From: Bugula neritina
Taxonomy: Eukaryota > Animalia > Bryozoa
Direction: 5' to 3'
Length of the DNA stretch: 64,000 bases
Assembly (NCBI GenBank): GCA_964035545.1
Contig: OZ037767.1
Span: 10,178,581 to 10,242,580, forward strand
Both the position numbers and the translations under genes were made by a program. The first letter of the stretch is position 1, and each line of letters opens with the position of its first letter. This document shows, one piece after another, positions 13,501 to 22,224 of this stretch. The notes beneath the pieces were generated by a model. The model ran no database searches. It was not told the DNA's origin and saw only the letters and a list, made by a program, of their open reading frames with translations.

Positions 13501-14386
13501 CCAGACCCTGATCTAGCAGGTGAGCCTGATGCTGACCTAGCAGGTGAACCAGATGCTGACCTAGCAGGTGAGCCTGACGCTGACCTAGCAGGTGAACCAG
13601 AGGCAGACCTAGCAGGTGAACCAGATGCTGACCTAGCAGGTGAACCAGAGGCAGACCTGCCAGGTGAACCAGAGACAGACTTAGCAGGTGAAGCTGGTTT
13701 GGCAGCAGAACCTTGCTCAGATCTGGCTGGTGAACTAGACCCGGATGATGAACCTGAACTGGAGCCATCAGAAGATGCTGGAGAAGCTGGCTGGGCAGGT
13801 GAGGAGTTGTGTGACGCTTTCAACTGAGTTTCAGGAGCAGGAGAACCCGGGTTACTCTCCGACTGAGAGCCACTTCCTGTTAACAGAGCACATATTAAAC
13901 AGCTGCCAACAAATTGCTTACATTCATTACTATAATGATCAGATATCATTTAGCTAATTTGCATTCACACATTTGAAATGTTATATTCATTCCAACATAG
14001 GCCTATTGTAGTCCCAATTAGGCAGAAAATTTTCATAACTTTGTGGCTCTTTTATAAAAAAAACTAGTTTTTATTGATAAAAGAATAATTCAACTCAGCT
14101 TATCAGTAAATGATTATTATTCTTAACCAGAGATCTCAAAATCTGCCTGTAGATTAATACTAAGTATTTCTAATGTCTTATTAACATACATTAGGCATGA
14201 CTGTATATAGAGCTTGAGAAATAATAGGTAGCAGCACAAAACTTAGCAACTATGTAAACAAAATTCCTACCGCTGCCAGAACCACTGCTGCTGCTGCTGT
14301 CAGACTCATTATCACTCTCTTTATTGGCAGCTTCATCTGCTGAAAATAGTTGGCTCAATTAATTGAAATAAATTTAACCAACTCAT
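7600..14386 (-). CDS. LEO1: RNA polymerase-associated protein LEO1 (PAF1 complex). Exons approx. 14383-14386 (tentative), 14271-14339, 13388-13876, 12861-13045, 10504-10736, 9756-9989, 9097-9194, 8782-8969, 8103-8258, 7600-7662
   Basis: Leo1 domain [93 protein letters not shown], followed by [19 protein letters not shown]. All junctions are GT-AG and phase-compatible. The start exon is uncertain. Confidence 0.95.
7790..8070. repeat. GTA/GCA-type trinucleotide low-complexity tract in the last LEO1 intron
   Basis: (GTA)n/(GCA)n mosaic; it explains the spurious poly-Thr/poly-Val ORFs. Confidence 0.9.
10036..10483. repeat. ~31-bp minisatellite, ~14 copies, filling a LEO1 intron
   Basis: Unit ~ATATACCATCAGACATGTACTGTATATAAT repeated in tandem. 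Confidence 0.95.
10878..11155. mobile_element. MITE-like element with TA flanks, CACTCTG...CAGAGTG termini and a G-rich core
   Basis: TA|CACTCTG at 10876 and CAGAGTG|TA ending at 11157. Imperfect ~55-bp inverted arms include AGGTTTCACT/AGTGAAACCT. GGGTTT-like runs lie at 11009-11083. Confidence 0.5.
11474..12260. mobile_element. MITE-like element (PIF/Harbinger-style termini)
   Basis: Inverted termini CACACTACAGTCaAAACG / CGTTTcGACTGTAGTGTG plus inner inverted CGATGAAAG / CTTTCATCG around an AT-rich core. No clean TSD. Confidence 0.5.
12273..12577. mobile_element. hAT-family (Charlie-like) MITE, 305 bp
   Basis: TIRs CAGGGGTGTCCAAC / GTTGGACAGCCCTG and an exact 8-bp TSD AACTAAGG (12265-12272, 12578-12585). 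Confidence 0.9.
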
Positions 14387-15417
14387 GACAAACAATTTCT
14401 AACAGTAAAATATAAACGTGAAGATTCTATTTGTCACTAGAAAGCTTGAGAATTACTGAATGCGTGTCTGGGCCAAAGTGCCATGTGAACACATTATCTA
14501 AAACTTTTTGAATACCTTCTTCTTCCGGTATTGTAAAATACGGTTTTACAGCATATAAAATATTAGAGCAGAAAGCTCTCAGGTTTCCAACAACACAATA
14601 AGTTTAAGTGGTAGGAGTTCTTTAAAAATTTCCCAAATTCTAGCAAGTTCAAATTGGAATTTGGTCAGAGCAAAGCATACATTGGCTAAAGACATCTTAA
14701 CCAAGACTTCTAGCGTATTCCTTCAGTTGGTAAAATCCAATGTTTGTACGACGATTATGATTATTCGATTCCCACATAACATGTGACTCCAGGATTTAGT
14801 CCACAGTATACAGGCATAGATGGGGGTTCGTATTGTGAGTCAACACATGGTAAATATCCCACATGCTATGAGTACAGTGCATATCAACTTTGTATCACAA
14901 TATATGTCATATAACAAATAAGGTTGCATAATATTTTAACTTTATTTCACAGAATAACACAGTTGCTGGTGTCATTTCACTACAAGTTTTATCAATTATT
15001 TGTCCTTTCACACCACTTACCTCCAAACAATTGGTTTGAATCATCCATTTCAGAAAATTAGGTAGTTGAAAGTTAATAACAGATTGTGGTTCAACAGGAA
15101 ATCTACAACTAAAAGACATACAAATAAGCTGAAAAATTCAATACATAAGCTAAGCACAGACAAATGGCATGTGTGCCAAGTAAATAGAAGGAAATAAAAA
15201 GAAAACTAATTCAAAATAATTAGTCAATTATCATGTTGATTGTGATTTACATAAATCCTAATGTTGAAGTTGGGGTGATTTACTCTGAGTGAAAATTATA
15301 TCGAAATGTGATTCAGCAGAATTATTATTAGGTTTGTAGTAGACTAAAAATTAATAATGAACATTGAAAATAGTAGCACTAGTACTTAATATATAATAAT
15401 GATAATCATAATCATAA

Positions 15418-15780
15418 TGTAGTAATTCGTGGAATTACTAGTTTGTGGGTTATCTACTTGTGTACTTAATTGGCTATTCTGCTAGCAATTACTAGGGTAG
15501 CTGTCGAGTAATTATATTTATTATCCACAATAAAGCATAAAGTAAACATCACATCAAATTATCCTATACATAAGTCAACCACTAACACATGTTTCTACTT
15601 CAAGCCCTCGCTTACAACAACGTTTACAACAACGTGATCAATGTCAATTGCCCGGGAACTGTCACGTGAGTCGGAACCATATCTTCCGGTGCTGCTGATT
15701 GGTTACTACATAGGGGCCTTAGTATTCCCAGAACGGAGAGAGGACGATTCTCATATTAGTACATTGCATGACTCACTACA
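15418..15780 (-). repeat. 3' LTR
   Basis: Identical by eye to 17955-18317. On the minus strand it carries CCAAT (15695-15704), CCGGAAG (15683-15689), CACGTG (15663-15668) and AATAAA (15517-15522). Confidence 0.95.
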
Positions 15781-15791
15781 CCGTCCCCCCC
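15781..15791 (-). promoter_or_regulatory. Polypurine tract
   Basis: Minus strand GGGGGGGACGG directly before the TGTAGTGAGT start of the 3' LTR. Confidence 0.85.
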
Positions 15792-16075
15792 AGCAGAAAG
15801 CCCTACTTTCTGATAACACAACACAAAAACACATATAAAGAAAAACAATACAATAATCTAAAAAGAAAAACATACATAAGTAACCCACAAAAAGGGAGAA
15901 AAGAAATAGTTGAGTACGACAACATTTACATACAGAAGACAACAGGGTGGTCGAACACACACATCTAGTCAGCTATAAAGAGAGAGGGTGCTTACCAGCA
16001 CGCGGGCCAATGTCGGAGCACTCGTCACTTTCCAGACGAGTTACAGCTCAACGAAGGTGCCTACCCCAGGCATTC

Positions 16076-16483
16076 TCATTGGGTGGACTCTGACTCTTGT
16101 AGCGATCGTGCTCTGTGTCGAGCCTGTCGGGCACGTAGCCGCCTCTTCAGTCGCCCCACTGAGTCCTTCAACTGGTATAGACCTGTCGTCGTATCCAGCA
16201 AGTCAGGGGCAAGTTGTGTGAACTCGGCTTGTAGTCTTACAAGCCGCTCTTCTACATTAGCCAGCTGGCTAGGCCTTGGCGGGGTTGTAGTAGTCTCTGT
16301 TAGAGGGGGTATTGTTGTTCCTTCTACTTCGGGGGTGTTGCTAGGGTTGACGGGGGTAGGAGACGGGCCCTGAACCATAGGGGACTTATGGCGGGCGGAT
16401 AACAGCAGTACGTGGAACCCTGACGCTAGTGCGGCCAGGGTGATAGCCATCTTGATGACTGGCTTGGTCCATGGGTTCCGCAT
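16076..16483 (-). CDS. Orphan ORF C of the LTR element (~135 aa): hydrophobic N-terminal segment, Pro/Thr stalk, coiled coil, polybasic tail
   Basis: First ATG of ORF 16076..16504. It is GC-rich and uninterrupted, in the element's sense orientation, with a modular amino-acid composition. Confidence 0.5.
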   Translation of the reverse strand: MRNPWTKPVIKMAITLAALASGFHVLLLSARHKSPMVQGPSPTPVNPSNTPEVEGTTIPPLTETTTTPPRPSQLANVEERLVRLQAEFTQLAPDLLDTTTGLYQLKDSVGRLKRRLRARQARHRARSLQESESTQ

Positions 16484-16740
16484 TTCACATGTGTCGTACG
16501 GCACGAAGGAATGTTAACATATAGTCAACTGATGTATTGATGAGTGAGTCCAGCTAAGTGAATGGCCATAGCGTAGCTGGTGCGGAACAACATGCGGTCT
16601 CTCTAGTAATGGTGATGCCGTCAAGCTAAGCATTAACTACTAGTACTGGCAGTCTATTATGATGACCATACGTACGCATTACGTTACATCATTACACTAC
16701 AGTCCATGGTTATAGCTGCCGGCGGTGTTCCATTGATGGC

Positions 16741-16940
16741 GTGACATTAGTAAACTACCTACTTGACATTAGTACACTACCTACGTGACATTAGTACACT
16801 ACCTACGTGACATTAGTAACTACCTACTTGACATTAGTAAACTACCTACGTGACATTAGTAACTACCTACGTGACATTAGTAAACTACCTACTAACTACT
16901 AACCACTAACCGCTAACTACCTAACTACCTAACTACTAAC
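16741..16940. repeat. Tandem array inside the LTR element: ~7 x 21-22 bp GTGACATTAGTAAACTACCTAC, then short (ACTAACT/ACCTAACT) units
   Basis: Directly visible. Confidence 0.9.
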
Positions 16941-17221
16941 CATAGCGGGTTAATTACATCACACCTTGACACTGAGTGATTATACTACAGCAGGTAAATA
17001 ATAATATAGATAAACAAAACTCACTACACTCCTCCCCCCATCGGAAAATACACCTTTCCGATAAGAAAGGAGTACAAGAAACAAACAAAAAAAATGAAAC
17101 ACAATTAGAATATAATATAAGAACGCCACAAGAAAAAAACATATTCACACAGAAACTGCAACAATATAACAGACATTCGGTATACACTACTTACAAATAA
17201 AGGAAACTATAGGAGTACAGT

Positions 17222-17533
17222 CTACAATATGCGGGCTAATACCTTCGGATCAGACTTCTGTGTTAGGTTACGAAGGTGTCGCTGCTGATATGGCTGGTCG
17301 GGTTTACCGGGGTCGGGGATATTCTCTGCCTTGGACGTTACTACATGCAGAGGCTGAGGCCGTGAGATTTTCCTCGGGCTCCTCTGAGCTTGAACACCTA
17401 TCAAGGAGGGGGTTGACATGAAGGGCGTGTCCATCATCAGAGCGAAAGTCGGCAGTCGTTGCCCTGCTCTGGCTATATGCGCCTGTCTTTCCAGCTGCTC
17501 CTTAGTGCTACAAAGAGGACGGGTACTCTCCAT
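17222..17533 (-). CDS. Orphan ORF B of the LTR element (~103 aa)
   Basis: Sense-strand, GC-rich ORF with no recognisable domain. Confidence 0.3.
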   Translation of the reverse strand: MESTRPLCSTKEQLERQAHIARAGQRLPTFALMMDTPFMSTPSLIGVQAQRSPRKISRPQPLHVVTSKAENIPDPGKPDQPYQQRHLRNLTQKSDPKVLARIL

Positions 17534-17625
17534 CACGACGCCGTCTGCCGTTCAGTAGTAGGCCGCGGTTCTTGAGACGTTCACCGCCACTTCCAGCGTA
17601 AGCTCGACACCTGTCCGTACAACTC

Positions 17626-17901
17626 TTACTGAAATGTTTTCCTATGGCGTAGCGTAGCCAGGGAATGTGTATAGACAGTGCTCCTCTTCGTCACCTGTAC
17701 CTCCTTCACCAAAGGTCTGTCGAATGAGCGGTGTGAATTGTTTACTTGTGCATTGCATTCGCACTTGTAAGACGCCAGACCCTCCCGGTCTTGGGCACTA
17801 AACGCGTTAGAGAAATACCTGTTAAAAGATCGCTGGTGCATTCGATATCTAATGTCATTGTAACAGTCCTGCCTGTAATCTCCTATCCTTGGAAACAGCA
17901 T
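17626..17901 (-). CDS. Orphan ORF A of the LTR element (~91 aa from first in-frame ATG)
   Basis: Sense-strand ORF just downstream of the PBS with no recognisable domain. Confidence 0.3.
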   Translation of the reverse strand: MLFPRIGDYRQDCYNDIRYRMHQRSFNRYFSNAFSAQDREGLASYKCECNAQVNNSHRSFDRPLVKEVQVTKRSTVYTHSLATLRHRKTFQ

Positions 17902-17935
17902 CGGTTCTTCATATCCCACAGCATTGTACACAAAT

Positions 17936-17953
17936 ATCCCACCGCTGCCACCA
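17936..17953 (-). promoter_or_regulatory. Primer-binding site complementary to the tRNA-Leu 3' end
   Basis: Minus strand TGGTGGCAGCGGTGGGAT, 1 nt from the LTR. This is complementary to ...ATCCCACCGCTGCCA-CCA of metazoan tRNA-Leu(AAG/TAG type). Confidence 0.9.
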
Positions 17954-17954
17954 C

Positions 17955-18317
17955 TGTAGTAATTCGTGGAATTACTAGTTTGTGGGTTATCTACTTGTGT
18001 ACTTAATTGGCTATTCTGCTAGCAATTACTAGGGTAGCTGTCGAGTAATTATATTTATTATCCACAATAAAGCATAAAGTAAACATCACATCAAATTATC
18101 CTATACATAAGTCAACCACTAACACATGTTTCTACTTCAAGCCCTCGCTTACAACAACGTTTACAACAACGTGATCAATGTCAATTGCCCGGGAACTGTC
18201 ACGTGAGTCGGAACCATATCTTCCGGTGCTGCTGATTGGTTACTACATAGGGGCCTTAGTATTCCCAGAACGGAGAGAGGACGATTCTCATATTAGTACA
18301 TTGCATGACTCACTACA
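17955..18317 (-). repeat. 5' LTR
   Basis: Direct repeat of 15418-15780, followed on the minus strand by the PBS. Confidence 0.95.
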
Positions 18318-20043
18318 ATAATGTAAATGGAAAAGCTTTTTTTCTGCCCTTGGTGATCAACTTGGTCACCAAGGCTTGGTGTTTACTCAATTTCAAAATA
18401 ATTCTTATTCTACTCACTTTCAACACTTTTAGTATTACATTTACTATTACTATTACTGAGTATTAGTATTAGTATTACTATAACTATTACTATTAGTATT
18501 AGTATTACTATTAGTATTAGTAATACTAATAGTATTACTCAAGTATTAGTATTACTATAAGTATAAGTATAACTATTGTCTATTAGTATTACTATTACTA
18601 TTAATAGTATTAATATTATTATTAGTATAAGTATTACTATTACTATTAGTATTAGTATTACTATTAGTATTACTATTGGTATTGTGTTTAGTTTTAATAG
18701 GTCTACGACTACTGCCAATTAGTATTACTAGGGGTACTACTATTAGTGGACAGCACAGATACTACTACTAATAATAGTACTAGTAGTACTGCTCTACTAG
18801 CACTACTAAATTATTACCAGTATCAGTATGGCTGTAAGAAAATTATATTTTTACTAAGAAATTTTTTTAAAAGAATATAATGGGATGGCTGTGAGCACAG
18901 CCAATGTTCTCAGAGCCATTTGTGTAATAATTATCGAAACCATCACTAAACCGTTCGGGAGAACAGCGTAACAATAAAAGAAGACAACTCTAAATTGCAT
19001 TGTATGATATTTGTGCATAATATTACTTTCTTTGCATACACTTGGTAGATGCATGGTTGTGAATATCAGTAGATGCAATGAACTGAATCTTCTTAGTTAT
19101 AGCTCCATGAGTAAATGTGGGAATTACTACTTTTGTTAACTGTTGCATGTTCCAACTCTACTAAACTAGTGGCCATAACTTGCACTCTGTTTATATACAG
19201 TGCTTTAGATTTATAAGAATATATAAATTTACCAATATATTATTATATGTAAACCCTTAACTTTATCCTTAAAAATGCATTATTAGCTTTATTTACAAAA
19301 GCAATTGATGCTTTATACAATCAGTTCGATATTGTTGACATACAGTTGTATTGGTCCCATAACTGATTATAATTATATTTACACTTTTGCTTTCCAAAGA
19401 ATATTGAGCTTTAGCATATGACTCATGTGCTTTAAAAAAAATCAATGATTGAAATAGATCAAGAAGAATTATTTTTCAAACTTAGCTAATAGCTCTATAA
19501 TTTGTAAATTAACTATTATTTATTATCTATAGAGAGACTGGCACTGTTTTTGTTTTTTTACTGATGTTCTTAGTTATCATTATAACTAAGTGATGGGCAT
19601 TGTCAATGGAAGATTAATATGCGCCATAACTACAATTTTTTTCATCTCAAAGATAATATTATATGCACTATAGCTATAGTAACGATGCCTACATATATTA
19701 TATTGTTATAAATGTTGTATTGTTTTGCAAGCATGTGGTTTTAATTTGTGAAGCAGTGCATTGAATAATATATTCACAACATATACTATTCTCTATAGTG
19801 CCTTCAGCTAATAATTGTATAAATATTGCAGGAAGCAATGATACGAAATAGTCTTATTTAATCAGAGTGAGGCTGCAATAGCAATATCTCGTTTAACATT
19901 GCTATGCAGACTACACCTTTCTAAGGTACAAGATATATTATATCCTGCATAAGATATTAAAAAGGCATTGCTATTTAAAATAAGATAGATATAATATATT
20001 TTTATTATAAGACAATATTGTTATTACTTAAAAACTATTCAAC

Positions 20044-22224
20044 ATGATTGTGGAACTAAACTGTATTGGATTGCTATTGCTACAAACTTTCATCAGCTGC
20101 TCAGGTGTGCAAGTCGATGACATTGCTAGCAGGTATTCAGTATGAGTGTGTATTCTCACTACTATATAACTTGTCAAATAGCTTGTACCTCCTATGCTGT
20201 CATTTGGTAATTTACACATGTAATCAAAATGCATGTCAATTCATTCAGGTGCCGTTATACAAAGAAATATCAACGGTCTATAACTTTATGTTGTTGAAAC
20301 TTGTTTTTAAGTTTTTATTTGGAGTGCAAGTTGAGGTTTTGCAAGAACATAACTTCTTTTGCTACATTTCTCACCTTGATCACAGGCTTCTTTTTATTTC
20401 TATGCTGCTAGCACCTACATGTATTGTATCAGTCATATTCTCTCGAGTCTGTTTGGGTGTTAGTTACTGATTTGTTTAGTTTAGATTATAATATATATGT
20501 GTGAGTGCGCGTGCGTGGGTGCATGCACGCGTGTGTGTGTGTGTGTGTATTCACACTCACAATATAAATAGTTTCTGCTGTAAGTTTCTTAAAAACAAAC
20601 ATGTCTAATATTATTGGCAGCTAAATGATATGTATAGTTGATTTTTGAAATTTCCTTAAATAGTAAAGCAACTATGAATCATGTGAAGTAAAACAGAACA
20701 CAAAATGTGAGGCAAATTGGAGTTGCTCTCCCACCAGCAGCTGTAGTTAAGTATAATGGTGAAGAGTTTTGCCAGGTGGATTCTGCTTATAAAGTTGGTG
20801 AAACTTGGTTCTCTGAAAAGTTGGCTTTTTTATATATGTAATATATAAATTTGAAATAAAAAAGTTTCACTGCTATATTTTTATTGCAGGCAAATCCTCG
20901 CAGCATCTGAAGAAAAGATACTAATACAGGAAGAGATTGGAATTGGTCACAAAGACGGGTTGGCGTTGGCTCTTAAAACTACAGTATGCACCAATAATTT
21001 TGATATATTCTTTTTATAACACATCATTTTGCAAGTTTTTGGTTTCAAATATTGCTTGCTAAACAAATCAATATTTTGATTACTAACGCACTTCAACAAC
21101 TAAACACAGCTAAAAACACAAAATTGTTTGTATGATTGTAGCGTTTTTATTAAAATATATAAATTAAATGTTGGTCCTAAAGGCACTAAAATATTGCTAA
21201 AACAAGCTAAAGTGGAGTATAACTGCTTAAAACAAGTAAGGAAAGGTAAAAGAAAAATACTTTTTGAACATTTTTTGAAAAAGTTGCATTTTATAACATA
21301 AATCACCCATAACACCAACACATGAGTGGCTAATGCTGTAATTCAAAGTATATTATGTTTGTAAATGCTTTGTGGAGTAGTTTGCAAACAATAAAAAACA
21401 TGTAAATTTGTTTCATAAATGCACTAAAAAGGCAAAAACAAATAAATTAAAATACAATTTATAACTAACAAAAACAAGGATAAATGTTGCAAAAAAGCAT
21501 TTTAGAATTTGCAGAAAAAAATTATTTTGGTAGAGTTGTTCTAGAATTGAACTCATATTTTGGTGTGAGATTCACCTATAAATGACTATATGTAGAAGCT
21601 TTATAACATGCAAAGAAATATACTACAGCACAAAATGTAGAAATTTTTGCATCAGCTGGTCACAAATGCAGCTAAATGGCTAAGGGCTAAGGGCATTACT
21701 AGCCTAAACAGGTACAAATAAAGCTTTAGCATTGGTGCCAAAAATGTGACACACATTCCTAAGAATGACTTTGTGTTTTAATGGCCTACAACTAGTCCAC
21801 TATCTGACTTATTCTGTGCCATCAAAGTATAGAGCACTTAGACATGGGTACACAAACTAGAGCAGTGGTTTGGTGTATTATCCCATTGCTTTTCAGAACA
21901 TTCTGCAGAGCATAGTACATTTCAGCCAGAGACTGCTTTTATTGATTACAATATTTGCAATAATATCATGAATTTGGGTTTTAGGTTGAGTCAGATGAGT
22001 GGCCTTCTAGCTACTCTGTACTGATCGTGGTGTTAGCAATACTTACCTGCATCATCCTCATTGCCATCTGCCACTGGAAGTACGCCCATTTCAACCCAGA
22101 GATACACGATGTGGAGCCTGACATCATGCTAACTAGCTACGGCTCTCACGCCTCAGCTTCAACGCTCCCTGCTCGCTACAGGTTGAGTGGGTCTTGGTCC
22201 GGCTTCAGAATTACCAGAGGCTAG
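20044..22224 (+). CDS. Tentative orphan type-I membrane protein (~181 aa); exons 20044-20132, 20697-20819, 20890-20983, 21985-22224; may be a decaying gene
   Basis: Signal-peptide-like MIVELNCIGLLLLQTFISCSG, phase-compatible GT-AG joins, and TM segment VLIVVLAILTCIILIAICHWK. The exon 2 acceptor is weak and I recognise no homolog. Confidence 0.4.

Larger units (their letters stand above)
15418..18317 (-). mobile_element. Non-autonomous LTR retroelement, 2.9 kb, recent insertion, no gag/pol
   Basis: Two 363-bp direct repeats bounded by TGTAGT...ACTACA, 4-bp TSD ATAA (15414-15417, 18318-18321), and PBS and PPT in minus orientation. The 2174-bp interior has no ORF over 142 aa and no RT/IN/PR/zinc-knuckle motif. 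Confidence 0.95.

Noticed and set aside
13430-13957. Overlapping repeat ORFs ([16 protein letters not shown])
   Set aside because: They are antisense or alternate-frame shadows of the LEO1 repeat exon.
15418-15780. Hammerhead ribozyme in the LTRs (retrozyme)
   Set aside because: No CTGA(N)GA...GAAA core on either strand.
15700-16670. 5S rRNA-derived promoter in the LTR element (CTGGGAATAC in the LTR on the minus strand; AAGCTAAGCA..TAGTACT at 16623 on the plus strand), as in Cassandra-type elements
   Set aside because: Only short matches on opposite strands, with wrong spacing and no intact A-box/C-box pair.
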